Program-made: the position numbers and the translations under genes
Assembly (NCBI GenBank): GCA_965197645.1
Contig: OZ240219.1
Coordinates: 3,040,001-3,104,000 of the forward strand
Source of the DNA: Dehalococcoidia bacterium
GTDB lineage: Bacteria > Chloroflexota > Dehalococcoidia > Plut-88900
DNA length: 64,000 bases
Direction of reading: 5' to 3'
The notes under the pieces: generated by a model
Databases searched by the model: none
What the model was told of the DNA's origin: nothing
Seen by the model: the letters and a program-made list of their open reading frames with translations, nothing else
Part shown: positions 29,136 through 41,175 of the stretch, in pieces
Layout: each line of letters begins with the position of its first letter
How positions within the stretch are numbered: position 1 is the first letter of the stretch

Positions 29136-29573
29136 TCAGCCCAAGTGGATTATGTCGATATCGCCCCAATGGCGGTTCAAATACTCGGCAACCAGCCGAC
29201 GGTGGCAGTGTTCCGGCTTGTCCTCGCTACACAGCAGGCACGCATCAGCAATCGTCCTCTTTATTCCCTTCTTCGAAATGCGCCGTTCATCCATCAGGGC
29301 GAGGAACTCTCGCTCATAAATTTTCCAGTCACGATGCGCTTTGCGGTAGGAGGCCAGCATCTCCGGGGTGGGAGCTAGCTCAGGAATGTGGACGTATTTC
29401 ATGCGACAAATCTTTTGGAGAAAGTACTCAAGGTCGCTTTTCTTGGCAAATCCTGCAAGTTGCGAGACATTGTTCAGCCGTACGTCGACCAAACGTCTTG
29501 CACCGGATTCGCGGAGCGACTCAAAAAACTCGGAGGCGGATTTCTTTGTAAAGCCAATTGTATAGACTTTCAA
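29136..29573 (-). CDS. DUF488 family protein
   Basis: VYTIGFTKKSA, LVDVRLNNVSQLAGFAK, LLCSEDKPEHCHRRL. Confidence 0.9.
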   Translation of the reverse strand: MKVYTIGFTKKSASEFFESLRESGARRLVDVRLNNVSQLAGFAKKSDLEYFLQKICRMKYVHIPELAPTPEMLASYRKAHRDWKIYEREFLALMDERRISKKGIKRTIADACLLCSEDKPEHCHRRLVAEYLNRHWGDIDIIHLG

Positions 29574-30262
29574 AATGCATGCCTCCGGCTGTCGGCGGGC
29601 GGTCCTTCGGCAACATACGCTATTTTTCTAGCTCTACGAGCTAGAGCATCGTCAATTACCTCGTCTCGCGAGCGAAACAAGTCACCGTTATGAGGCAATT
29701 TGAAAATGTCCATTAGACGATTCAATGTGGCATCGTACCCTTCCACACTCCCGTTGGCGAGGATATGTTCGACAGTGACGCCGCGCTGTTCCAGCACCTT
29801 AGCAATTAAGAGCGTTCGGTGGCAGTCTAAGGGCTCCTTTTCGCTACACATTACGGCAACACGGCGCTCGTCAGCCGCACGCACAACACGCCTGATGCCA
29901 TCATCGAACAAGTCGGAGTTCGCTAGACGATCATATCTCACGCGTCCTTGCTCGTCATAGCACGATCGGTCTACGGGGCGGCCACCTAGCTCTCCACCAA
30001 GGAATACGTAACTGATTCCTGCTTCTTCTAGTGCAGCACTCAGAACCTCGTAGTTGAAGTGCGGGCTATAGCGACTGGATGGTGATGAGCGAACGTCCAT
30101 CACTTCATCGATGCAATGCTTCCGCAGCAACTCGAGAAATGTCCCAGTCGAGTGGTTAGAGTGCCCGACCGTGAATACCTGATATTGTGTTGAGTTCAAG
30201 GTTCTTCCAGTGTCAAGGTTTGATGATGGCGGCGGCGAGCTTGTAGGCATATCCATCCTCAT
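29570..30262 (-). CDS. DUF488 family protein (start uncertain)
   Basis: VFTVGHSNH, DVRSSPSSR, ELGGRP, MCSEKEPLDCHR. Confidence 0.9.
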   Translation of the reverse strand: MRMDMPTSSPPPSSNLDTGRTLNSTQYQVFTVGHSNHSTGTFLELLRKHCIDEVMDVRSSPSSRYSPHFNYEVLSAALEEAGISYVFLGGELGGRPVDRSCYDEQGRVRYDRLANSDLFDDGIRRVVRAADERRVAVMCSEKEPLDCHRTLLIAKVLEQRGVTVEHILANGSVEGYDATLNRLMDIFKLPHNGDLFRSRDEVIDDALARRARKIAYVAEGPPADSRRHAF

Positions 30263-30902
30263 TCACTCCGCTTAGACTGACGGTGACGTAGCATTCGCCA
30301 AGCCGATAGGTGCCATCGGGGCGCCGTTTGTATTCCACCTCGTAGCCAGGATCAGTAAGCCACATCCAGTGATCCGTTCCTTTGTATCGAAAACGGGCTT
30401 GCGTTCTCCGACGGTTAGACTCTGTCCAGGGGTTATATTGGTTAAACACACAGATGGCCAGATTGACCTTGATGAGACACAGAGAATTGCCAATGCAGTC
30501 GGCATCTGAGGCTCTAACTTTGTCATTTTGTCCTTGGCTGGTCTTACACCCATTGACCCAGAGTGTTTCGGGTTCGTCGATCCACTCGGGAAGATCAGCT
30601 ACGCTAACACTACCCACCTTGGCCCAACGTCGGTTAAGATCAAGCAGCCAATTCTCTTGCTGGTGACCCCTCGGCAGCGCGTTGAGCACCGGTACGTCCA
30701 TGACATCAAGCAGACTGGGTGTACCACCGTCCACATAGCAGGACACCCCTGCAGCCACGCCTTCGTTCTCCCGACCGCTTACGGGCCTCACCCAGGGGCC
30801 AGGCCGCCCGTCGGACTCTAGAACTCTGCCAGCAACACAGCTTCCCCGGGGCATACGTGAATTGGCCAAGCATACGAGGCGTCTAACGGTGACTGACGGC
30901 AT
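30213..30902 (-). CDS. dual OB-fold (DuOB)-like protein
   Basis: LVCLANSR..GSCVAG..WVRPVS..HQQENW..LTDP..VTVSL..YKLAAAII. Confidence 0.75.
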   Translation of the reverse strand: MPSVTVRRLVCLANSRMPRGSCVAGRVLESDGRPGPWVRPVSGRENEGVAAGVSCYVDGGTPSLLDVMDVPVLNALPRGHQQENWLLDLNRRWAKVGSVSVADLPEWIDEPETLWVNGCKTSQGQNDKVRASDADCIGNSLCLIKVNLAICVFNQYNPWTESNRRRTQARFRYKGTDHWMWLTDPGYEVEYKRRPDGTYRLGECYVTVSLSGVNEDGYAYKLAAAIIKP

Positions 30903-30969
30903 AGCCCTGCTCCGCAGAGTGGTGTGACTCCAGTATTCTATTTCCAAGCGGGTTGGTCCAGCAACCCTT

Positions 30970-32081
30970 TGTACCCGTTTAGTACATATGAGACAGATGA
31001 GGAGAGACCAAGTTTGGATGGTAGTGCTGAAGATACTCTTTAGGAGTCATGCCGTCCAGGGAGTGATGAGGTCTAATGGTGTCGTAGATACGCTCCCATG
31101 CCAAGTGCGTTTGGTTCAAGGGGCCGATCTCGAAATCTCCGTCGTAGAGTTCGTTGAACTCCTCGGTATGGGTCCTCTGAGCCCTCTCTGCGTGTCCGTT
31201 GAGCTTGGGAGAGCGGTGAGGCAGTACGAACAGTCGGATCCCCATCTCCTTACACGCCATCTCGAACTGCGCCTGGAACTCGCTGCCCCCGTCCACTCAC
31301 ACTGCCTTTATGGGGAAGGGGAACCGCTGCCTCATCGTTTCAAGGAACTGGGCTGGCAGGGATACGGTGGCCCGGCTGTGTACCTCCACAACGGCGCACC
31401 GGGACACCATGTCTCGAGCGGTGAAGTGTTTCAGTGTCACCCCTAGCAGGGGACGCGCGTCCAGGGGGTCTACCCGGACTATGTCACCTGGTTCTGTGGT
31501 CTGGTACTCCTTGGGCTTACGAACCCAGTGGGGCCGGGTTCTCCGACGTTTGTGGGCCGATATGCCTGTTCTGGGAGGCTCCCTTAGCACCCCTCGGGCC
31601 TCCAACGTCCTGAGGATCCTCCCAACCATAGACGTAGACACCCTCCACCCCATCCTCCTCAACAGGACCACCAACTTATCTTTCCCCAACCTGGGGCACC
31701 GTTCCTTCGTCCTGAGCACCGCCTTCGCCAGCTCGGGGACCCACGTCGGCCTTCGCACCCTCCGGGGCCTCCGGCTCTTCAACCCCAAGCCTGCCGTGCC
31801 CTCTTCCCTGAGTGCTTTGTCCCATCGATACAGCGTTGATCTGGGCAGCCCTAGTTCCCTCGCAGCTTCCCCGCCCAAAAACCCTTAACCACCTCATCCT
31901 CTCCCTCAACTCGCCACTCTCAGCCTCCCTCGCCCACCTCCCTATCTGATAAAATGGCCTGGGTAGACCTATTACCCTCATGAAAGGGACCTCCTTAATT
32001 TATCTCACCCTAAGGTTGGTCCCTTTCTCCTATCCCTGCAACCCTGCCCCCTGGTCTCCTATCTTTCTGAACGAGATCACA
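30970..32081 (-). mobile_element. IS481-family element with disrupted transposase (31981 to 30979; frameshift near 31885, stop at 31297)
   Basis: TGT...ACA ends with imperfect TIRs; HTH (LPRSTLYRW); DGGSEF; SPKLNGHAERAQRT; IRPHHSL. Confidence 0.85.
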
Positions 32082-32201
32082 CTCCAGCGATTATTGTGGT
32101 CAAACAATCACCGCTATCTCACGTCAGTGTTGTATCATAGGAGACATCCCATCGATGGGGACGCCCGCTTGGCATTCGACAGGCGAAGGCATGGACAGAA
32201 C

Positions 32202-35200
32202 AGAGCTCCCGCAGTGGCGCAAATGACACAGTCCATTCCAATGGGTGTGCTCGCCGTGAGCGCGATACTTGTTGCCACGCTGCTGGCCGGGTGTTCTGAT
32301 GGCCCAAGCTCCACGCCGTCGCCTAGAACGGTCCCTAGTCCCACTATCACAACCCAGCCCAGCGTCACACCGGATCCAACACCTGCTCCCCCATCGGCTC
32401 CGACAAACGTTTCCACCCCAACATTCACACCCAGCCTAACATCAGTCCCTGCAACGTACAACGTCGAGAGCGTTAACGCGAGGTTCACCGGAGGCGGGCA
32501 AGGACTGGTCCAGACCAGTTTCTCAGTGACAGTAAAGAATGTAGGAGAACTGCCCGCCACCGAGCCGGTGAAACTCGAACTTGTGGTGGCTGACGGTGAG
32601 CGTGAACTAGTGAGCATGATAGACCCTCTTGCGACAGGGGAGACCAGTTCATTCGAACTCAGCCGAGGACTTACACCAGGGCATCACCGAGTGGCATTCA
32701 TGGTCGCTGATTCGGAGATGGCCGTGGATGTACATGTTAAAGCAGCCGACATCACACTTTCTGCGGTGAGACACGTCATCACAGGCGGCGGAACCGTCGT
32801 CCTAGAAGTCCAGGTTACCAATCAGGGAGACCTAATCGCAGACTCGGTTGTGCTGTCCGCTCGCTGGGTCTGGTTGACGAAAGACACCGCTGACACGGAT
32901 GGAAGCTCGGGCTCGATGGCAGCAACGGTGGTGACCGAGCGGCTGAGCCCGGGTGAAAACTGGGTCGTTAGGCTACCCGTCGAGATACCGCCCGGTTCAT
33001 ACGCCTTCACTCTCAGAGCGGAGACTGAAGGCATTGAAGCGTTCCAGGACAACAACAGCGCAGAAATGACCGTTGAGATTGAAGCGTTCCGCGACAACAA
33101 CAGCACAGAAACGACTGTTGAGGTCGACTATGTCCAGCTGATCGTAAGCATCGAGTCGGTGCGCCAGGTGGGTTACGATCAATATGGTGACGGCATAGTC
33201 GATATGGATTTCAGAGTGGCAAACGAGGGTGTGACAGATAGTGAAGAAATGATAGCTGGTGTCATGTGCGTCGATGGTGGATGTTTCCAGAGCCTGACCT
33301 TGGATGCGCTCGAAGTCGGCGACAGCATGGATGTCACGATCAGGCTGGCGATGCCACAGGGCATGATCGACACCTTGGTCTTCGCTGGCGCTCTGGACGA
33401 GGTCTACCGCTGGGGGGAGGACAACGTCGGAAAGGTCACGGTCAATGTAGCTGAGCGGGCTACAGTGAGCTCGGCCTAGGACACAGAAATAGTAGTGGTG
33501 GGTGGGTACTGGTCGGACGGAACAGCGAATGTGGAAGTAACACCATCCCTGCGTACCGAGGGTGTCAATGATATCACCGTCACCTGCAGCCAGCTGGGTA
33601 ATGCGGCGAGCGCCTGCCCTCAACATGCTCTCTTCTGGCCAACGGATGGCCTAGGGCCTTCTGCTGAAACCCTCATCATGCGGCTGCAGATGGGCGAGTC
33701 GTATGTGCTAACGTTTGACTACGGTGGCAATGAAAACTCCGTTGTCGTCCACGTACCGGACCGAATCTTGGGTGTGGAGCGGGACGTATGGGAGTGCTTC
33801 AGCGATACATCCACCGTAGGCACGGACTGGGAAAAGGATCTAGGCATCGGCTGTGGTGGATGGGTTGCGGAAACCATCACCAAGTGGGACCCGAACGTGC
33901 CTCTCAAGCTCTGGGTCAATCCCGCTGGAGACGAGAAGCATATTATGGCTTTGGACAAAGTGCTTGCTCGGTTTTCCCCCGTACTGAATCTCGATGTTCA
34001 GCGGGTCAGTGATATACGGGACGCGAACTTCGTGGCCCACGTTGGCGCTACTGTTTCCGAGGTCGATGCCGTTGACTTTTCGTGTCATCCGGCCTCAGGC
34101 TGCACCGGTTCGTGGCCGATAGGTGACGGAGTCATTCGTTCCGGCCTAATGGTCGTATACCCATTGGCCTGGAAAGATGATAGTGAAATGGAAGAAGCAA
34201 TGCTTGAAGACGCACTCTACTCCCTAGTTCAGGTACGTCGGCGCCACTTGGACCAGACCAGCGTCATGGGTCATTTCGAAGCGGTAGACCCGACATACCT
34301 CCATCGCACGGATGAGGCGCTGGTCAGGCTGCTCTACCACCCTCTCATTCGTCCGGGCATGACGATGGGTGAAGTTGGAGAGCTCGTGGTGCTTAGAGAT
34401 GAGCTGCTCGACCGTCCCGAATCTGTGCCTCTAACGCCATTGCAAATGTTGGAAGAGGCGTATGTCAGCCTTCAGGCTGCGGATTCTGCCAGCTATTCAG
34501 TCTCGGGCTCGGGCGCCGAGTGCGGCCCACAGTTCACCCTAACAAACTTCGAGGTCGCGAATTTTCACTTCTATGGTCCTCGCTGGGTACACCTCAGCGA
34601 CGGAACGGATCACTACTATGTCGTTGAGCATGAATACAATTTCCACTACCCATTAACTGACAAATCTATTGCCGAATTTTGGGACAACAGTTCAGGGCAG
34701 TGGCAAGAAGTAAATGGGGATGAACCGAATCAGAGCGAGATTCTGCGGAGGTATCGTGAACTCTCCCCGCACCACGCGCTGAACACGATTTTCCGTGCAG
34801 GCGATGATGTCGAGGTTGAGTTGGTGGGTCATACTGATGGTGAAGTGGTCATTATAGCCAGATTCGACCAGCAATCACTCTTGTATCCCTCCGCTGAAAT
34901 AGTCATCGTTCTCGACAACCAGAGTTACGAAATTCGCGAATACACACTCAGGTGATCCAACGAGCAGTGTCCCTTGCTGGAACTGAGCGCGAAGAACGGG
35001 CGGTACGGCATCGAGTTCGAGTTCCCGGACGAGATCATGGCTGGTTCTTCTTACCTCCGCAGCCGTCGGCCTGAGACACTCGGGCCCATCTCAGGGAAGA
35101 TCATACTCGAAGGTGTTTTGCCAGGTTCATGTGGAACTGACCCGACACGGGACATGCGCCAATACCACTTCACCATTGACCCTCCAGCAAGTGTGGTCAA

Positions 35201-36197
35201 CATCTTTGCCATTCGACACTATCTGACCCACCGCCTGCTGAATAACGAAGGAACACCCCTAAGCGCGGATAACGTCCGTCACGGCCCTTACACTCAAAGT
35301 TCCTGGACGGGCAATGTTTTGCTGGCTGGCCAATACACCATCGAGGTCGAAGGCCTTAACACCCTGGTAAGCGACGACTACAAGTTGGAGATTACCGCAA
35401 CCCCATTTGCCGACATTCCGGCATCCATAAGCAGCGGCTACGCATTCAACTGTGTCCTGTACACCGGCGGAAATCCATACTGCTGGGGCAAGGACAGTAG
35501 TGGCCAGGCATCGCCGCCTGAGGATGAGAAGTTTGAGTTTATCAGCAGCGGTCCGTCCCATGCGTGTGGGCTTCGACTTGACGGCGCAGCGGTATGTTGG
35601 GGCAGTAACCGAGAAGGCCAGGCATCACCACCTGCAGATGGAAGGTTCGTGGTCATTAGCAGCGGTGGTTGGGCTCACACCTGCGCTCTAAGAGTAGACG
35701 GGTCTCCGGCCTGTTGGGGCTGGAATGAGTACGGTCAGGCATCGCCTCCTGAAGACGAGGAATTCTCCGTTATCAGCAGTGGAAACTTTCACACCTGCGC
35801 TCTTCGGAAGGACGGCTCTCCCGTATGCTGGGGCTATGTCGGATCTGGCCGGACATTGCCGCCAATTGGCGAGAGGTTCAAAACCATAGACAGCGGAGGC
35901 TTCCACACTTGCGCACTGCGGGAGGACGGCTCTCCCGTGTGCTGGGGAGTTAACCGTGACGGCCAGGCATCTCCGCCTTATGACGAGAGATTCACCGCTA
36001 TTAGCAGCAGAGAACGGCACACCTGCGCGCTTCGAGCAGACGGCTCTGCGGTGTGCTGGGGCAATGATGAACTCGGGCAATCATCGCCGCCGGATGGAGA
36101 AACGTTCACCGCCATCAGCAGTGGTCATGGTCACACCAGTCACACCTGCGGCATTACTCACGAAGGCGCAATCCTGTGCTGGGGTTGGGGACACTAA
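32202..36197 (+). pseudogene. large lipoprotein (PT linker, CARDB/Ig-like, peptidase-like, RCC1/BLIP-II propeller) split by two in-frame stops
   Basis: LLAGC lipobox; three ORFs in one frame separated by TAG (33477) and TGA (34953); about 7 repeats of ISSGxxHTCALRxDGSPVCWG. Confidence 0.8.
33033..33122 (+). repeat. 45-bp tandem duplication
   Basis: IEAFQDNNSAEMTVE / IEAFRDNNSTETTVE. Confidence 0.85.
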
Positions 36198-37639
36198 TGA
36201 ATGATTGTTGAGGGGTTTCGCCTCCGGGTTGAGGAACCTATGTTATCGTCCCGCGGTCCAGAAGTGGTGACCCACCACACTGCTCGCCAACGGGCAATGG
36301 AACTCCAAGGAAGTGGGGAACCAGGCGATGATCCTACTCATGAGAGACCCCGCCGCGAGTGAGACCATTGACCGGCACCTAGCGTATGCCGAATCCTCAT
36401 CGGTAGGCGAGTTCGACGACTTCGAGCGCTCTGTCCATTGACATGGTGTGTCGGCGGTCGAAGGATAGGATGCCCGGGCCTAAATCGGCGAGCAGTTTCT
36501 GGGACTGAGGAAAATTGCTTGTAAAACACTTCCACTGAGACGAAGTGCATGTTGGACTCGAGCTGCCTAAGAGCAGCGCGGGAAGCATAGAGACCCGTGT
36601 ACCTGAGGCTGGTACCCAAAACCTTACTGTAGACAGAACTTTTGATTCGGTGGCGCCACTGCGAGTATTCCGGCATCGTTCTAATCCTCATGGACCAGAC
36701 CCTAACGCGGAGGTTTATCTTGTGCCAATCTGAGCGGTTGAGGAGCACCGTTTCAGAACACATAGGAATTGGAGGAGGCAAGATGTACTGTAATGCTAAT
36801 GGTGACTCTTGGGAGATAAACGACACGCAACAGGTAGTGTTTGTGGACAGCCGATTTGGATATGATCGCGCAGGTAAAGCAGTTCGATCGCTACTCCCAC
36901 GCAAAGACAGAGACCAACCGGGAAGACGGGCTCGACCCTAACACAATGTGTCCACGCTAATGGAGGTCGAGAGACCGAGGCAGTCGCTGCAAAGGAGTTT
37001 CAGCCTTGTCTTCACGCGCAGCGAGAACGGCCACCCAACCCCGAATCAATGGTTAACTCAGCGGCTCCCCGGTAGCAATCAGTGAGGTCAACGGCAGCCG
37101 CCGCTGATGAACCCCGACTTCACACTGCCGTAAGAGGTCGCACCGCAGCCGTACCTTGTCGTTCGAAGCAGTCCGCATCGTTCCAACCGGCGGAGACCGA
37201 TAGCTGTCTGGGCATCGGGCTGCAAGAAGCGTGAGACTTGCATTCTTGGTATGCTGATTGGTGGCGCGAGAGCTGGAATGGACCGTAAGACCACTGGCCC
37301 ATGGTTGAGTGCCTCTCGGATGGGGTCAACATCGAGTGGTTCAGGCAGGTTGGTCCAGTGTGGCGACATTGGGCGGCGAACGAGACCACTGTAGGCGGCA
37401 TTGGGACGACAGCGGTGGCTCGGGCCAAGCAGCGAGGCGGTTCTGTGGCGCCGTTCATCGCCATCCCAATGTTCAACAATGGAGCGGGTTGTATCCGGGC
37501 GCCAAGACATCCTGGAGCACCGGCTACGCGGGTGCTTCCATGCACTGCATCATCTCGGATATCTCGGCCTTCGTCGGCCACGATAAGCCGCGGAAGCATC
37601 GCCCTGCCGGTAGTATAATCCGGGGAGAGGACTAGCCAG

Positions 37640-38305
37640 ATGTGTGGTAGATACAGTCTCATAGCCGACGCGGGAGATCTGGTCCACCGGTTCGAGTTCG
37701 ACGGCAGCGACTTCAGCTACGATCCCGCCTACAACGTCGCACCCACCGAGTCGGTGCTTACCGTGAGGAATGTCGAAGGCCGGGAGGCGACCTTCATGCG
37801 CTGGGGGTTGATACCCTTCTGGGCCAAGGACCCAAAGATCGGGGCCAGAATGATCAACGCGCGGGCGGAGACGGTTGCCAAGAAACCCGCCTTCCGCAAT
37901 GCATTGAAAAGACGGCGGTGCCTGGTTCTAGCCGATGGCTATTACGAGTGGCAAAAAACACCGGCGGGCAGGAGGCCCTATCGCATAAACATGAAGTCGG
38001 GAGAGCCCTTCGCCTTTGCGGGGCTCTGGGAATCGTGGAATGACCCCCAGGGTAAGATAGTACCCTCTTGCACCGTTATCACCACCGGAGCCAATGCCTT
38101 CCTTTCCCCCATCCACAATAGGATGCCCGTCATCCTGTCTCGGGATATAGAGGGAGTTTGGTTGGACCACCGCATTGAGGACGCCGCCGACCTCATGGGT
38201 GTCCTCTCTTCCTATACCAAGGAAGCCTTGGACGTCTATGAGGTCTCGACGCTGGTGAACAATGCACGCAACGATTCTCCAGAAGTCATCGCTCGTGTGG
38301 ACTGA
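37640..38305 (+). CDS. SOS response-associated peptidase (SRAP/YedK)
   Basis: MCGRY N-terminus, YNVAPT, RWGLIP, INARAET, DGYYEW, IHNRMPV. Confidence 0.95.
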   Translation: MCGRYSLIADAGDLVHRFEFDGSDFSYDPAYNVAPTESVLTVRNVEGREATFMRWGLIPFWAKDPKIGARMINARAETVAKKPAFRNALKRRRCLVLADGYYEWQKTPAGRRPYRINMKSGEPFAFAGLWESWNDPQGKIVPSCTVITTGANAFLSPIHNRMPVILSRDIEGVWLDHRIEDAADLMGVLSSYTKEALDVYEVSTLVNNARNDSPEVIARVD

Positions 38306-38526
38306 TGTGTCTGAGATCCACAGGCGAGACAGCATCACGATTTGTAGTCGTCAAGTAAGTGCTCCTCATACCTGCGTCTAAGCCTGAGGATTGCAGCATT
38401 TCATCGGACAGGATAGATGGTCAAAGGCGGCACCGAGTCAATGCTGCCGGAGGGCGCCAGGCTCGGTAATGGGACGGAGTAGTATCGAAAGACCCAACCT
38501 GCCAAGCAGTGTTTAGAAACACCGTC

Positions 38527-40296
38527 ATGCTCAGGCTCCTTAGCGTCACCAACTTCGCCACCATAGACCAGCTCGAAATGGAGTTGGCGCCCGGCTTCAA
38601 CGTGCTGACCGGGGAGACTGGGGCCGGCAAGTCCATCATCGTGGATGCGCTGAGCCTTCTCCTGGGGGGCCGCGCCGACGGCGGCATGGTACGCTCCGGG
38701 GCACGCCAGTCCCGAGTAGAGGGCATCTTCCTGCTCGACAGCGATCTGGCCCATAGAATCAGCCTTGCCTTGGATGAATACGAGATTGACGACGGCGAAG
38801 GAGAGTTGATTCTCACTCGCGAGGTCAACCTGGATGGGCGAAATACGTGCCGTGTGAACGGACGAATCGTACCCCTCAAGATGTTGAGCGCTCTGGCCGA
38901 AAACCTAGTGGACATCCACGGCCAAAATCAGCACCTGTCACTACTCCGTGTAGGTGAGCACCTGGACATACTGGACCGGTATGGCGGGCTGGGCCAGCTT
39001 CGGGCCCAGGTGTCGGAGCGGGTCCACCAACTAACGGAGATGCGCAGGGAGCTGGGCCAGTTCCAGGCCGAGGAGCAGCAACTTGCCCAACGGATCGATT
39101 TTCTAAGGTATCAGGTGGAAGAGATCGGCGCTGCCAATCTTCGTCTGGCTGAAGACGAAGACCTGGCCTTGGAGCGGGACCAGGTCGCCAATGCGGAGCG
39201 AATCATCGTCCTGTCCGACCATGCCTATCGAGCGCTGTACGATAGTGTCGACCGGCAGGAATCGGCAATAGACCTCATGGGACAGGTGGCCCAAGACCTC
39301 GCCCAGCTGGAGCAATTGGACCCCTCAATGAGCCCGCACGGTGAGTCGGTAGACACCTTGACACATCAGCTAGACGAGCTAGCGCGTACGCTTCGGAGCT
39401 ATCGTGACAGCATCGAATACAACCCAGCCCGGCTTCATGAAATAGAGGAGCGACTGGACTTGATCACGGGTCTCAAGAGGAAGTACGGCAGCACCATCCA
39501 AGAAGTCCTCGCCTTCGCTGAGAGAGCCTCCGAAGACCTGGAGAAGCTGTATCGCAGCGAAGAGCGAACGGAGGAGTTGAAGCCCCTGGAGTTGGAGCTT
39601 CGAGGGGAGGTCGGCAGGCTGGCGGGACGGCTCTCCGAGGCCCGGCGGCACGCAGCCAAGCGCCTGGCTGTCGCCATCGAGGAGGAGGTCGCCGGGCTGG
39701 CACTGAATCATACGCAGGTACATCTGGATATCCGCCAGTCAGCTTCGGAGGATGGTGTGCCGGTTGGGACCGGAGACTTCGCTTCTGACTGCACGTCTTC
39801 AGACGGAGAAGACGTCGGGCGCTTCGCTTTCAACGACACGGGTATAGACTCCGTCGAGTTCTTGATCTCACTGAACCCGGGCGAACCGCCACGGCCTCTG
39901 GCCAGGATCGCCTCCGGCGGGGAAGCAGCCAGATTGATGCTCGCCGTAAAGACCATCCTGTCCAGCGCCGACCGGATTCCGGTTCTGGTGTTCGACGAGA
40001 TAGACGCGGGCATAGGGGGTCGAATGGGGAGTGTGCTGGGCCGGAAACTATGGGATCTGTCCGAGAGCCGTCAGGTGTTGTGCGTAACCCATCTCCCTCA
40101 GTTAGCGTGCTACGCCGACCGGCACGTCAGAGTTGCGAAGCATTCGGGCCATGACAGAATCGTGACCTCCGTGGAGATTTTGACCGAGGAGGCCAGGGTG
40201 ACGGAGCTTGGCCAGATGCTCGGCTCCGACAGCGGTGTATCCCGCAGCAATGCCCAAGAGATGCTGGAGCAAGCGATGAGGTGGAAGGAGGACTGA
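38527..40296 (+). CDS. recN: DNA repair protein RecN
   Basis: LTGETGAGKS, DIHGQ, IASGGE, FDEIDAGIGG, CVTHLPQ. Confidence 0.97.
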   Translation: MLRLLSVTNFATIDQLEMELAPGFNVLTGETGAGKSIIVDALSLLLGGRADGGMVRSGARQSRVEGIFLLDSDLAHRISLALDEYEIDDGEGELILTREVNLDGRNTCRVNGRIVPLKMLSALAENLVDIHGQNQHLSLLRVGEHLDILDRYGGLGQLRAQVSERVHQLTEMRRELGQFQAEEQQLAQRIDFLRYQVEEIGAANLRLAEDEDLALERDQVANAERIIVLSDHAYRALYDSVDRQESAIDLMGQVAQDLAQLEQLDPSMSPHGESVDTLTHQLDELARTLRSYRDSIEYNPARLHEIEERLDLITGLKRKYGSTIQEVLAFAERASEDLEKLYRSEERTEELKPLELELRGEVGRLAGRLSEARRHAAKRLAVAIEEEVAGLALNHTQVHLDIRQSASEDGVPVGTGDFASDCTSSDGEDVGRFAFNDTGIDSVEFLISLNPGEPPRPLARIASGGEAARLMLAVKTILSSADRIPVLVFDEIDAGIGGRMGSVLGRKLWDLSESRQVLCVTHLPQLACYADRHVRVAKHSGHDRIVTSVEILTEEARVTELGQMLGSDSGVSRSNAQEMLEQAMRWKED

Positions 40297-40566
40297 TAAC
40301 TCCTCTTCGGTTTGAAGATCCTAGCGTAAGCGGGCCTCGTTGACGGTTCTGCCTACCGTCAACGAGATGTGGATGAAATTACAGAAATGCTGAACTACGT
40401 TTATCTCTGCACTCGTCCCAGACCGTCGTTGCCAGCGACCATTTCAATGCGGTTGCAGTCGTCAATGGATTGGCAGCGGGTTGTTGCAATGGGCCTATCC
40501 AGCCTGATGGACAGCTGCCAGTACGGGCCCAGTATGCAATCACTCGCGTCTACGTTTTGTTGTTCG

Positions 40567-41175
40567 CTACGTTTTAATCCGTTGCCGTAGGTCCTGGAAC
40601 ATCGTTGGGAGGTCGGTCAATTTGAAGAAGACGTGTTCTCCATTCGGCGCATCAGTGGGGTGCCGGAGCACGGCTACCATGTAGACTTCAGATCGGCCGA
40701 TGCGGTGCCTCGCCGCTCCGTCCGCAGTTTCATACTCGGCGAACATCTGTCCATAAGGCACGTGTTCCATAACAGGACCGGGGAGTAAATGACCGCCCCC
40801 GTGCACTTGGAGGTTTCTGTTGATGACCCGGTGGGACGGCACGTGGAGGGTGCGGCGCCTGACCAACTTCCCAAGCAAAGCAAACGAATCGTACATGCGG
40901 TCTACCACCTCGGAGAGCAAGTGCTGGTCGAAGTCCTTGTCGTGCTGACAAACAACTTTGGCCGCAGCGTAGCGATGCGAGAGGTAGCAACCCACAAACA
41001 CCTCGTCGAAGGCAATGCGGCGAACGTGGTCGAAGTATGACTCCAAATTGATTACCCACGCAGGCTCAGTCCGTCTACTCCTCAGATATACGGAGTCATA
41101 CCTAACTTGGTCACCCTCCGGTTGCTGGACGAAAGCCCGGTCAAAGTCCTGGTAGTGAATAATCTTGTTCAGCAT
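40567..41175 (-). CDS. hypothetical protein, 5' end probably eroded
   Basis: 202-aa ORF; the frame is open a short way upstream (..HDLARMLNKIIH). Confidence 0.45.
   Translation of the reverse strand: MLNKIIHYQDFDRAFVQQPEGDQVRYDSVYLRSRRTEPAWVINLESYFDHVRRIAFDEVFVGCYLSHRYAAAKVVCQHDKDFDQHLLSEVVDRMYDSFALLGKLVRRRTLHVPSHRVINRNLQVHGGGHLLPGPVMEHVPYGQMFAEYETADGAARHRIGRSEVYMVAVLRHPTDAPNGEHVFFKLTDLPTMFQDLRQRIKT

Noticed and set aside
33477-34955. Alternative genetic code or selenocysteine/pyrrolysine recoding
   Set aside because: Two different stop codons are involved, and TAG and TGA terminate well-conserved genes elsewhere in the window; nonsense decay is simpler.
36200-37620. Several 100-190 aa ORFs on both strands
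   Set aside because: No recognisable motifs, RBS or consistent frame; probably decayed gene debris.
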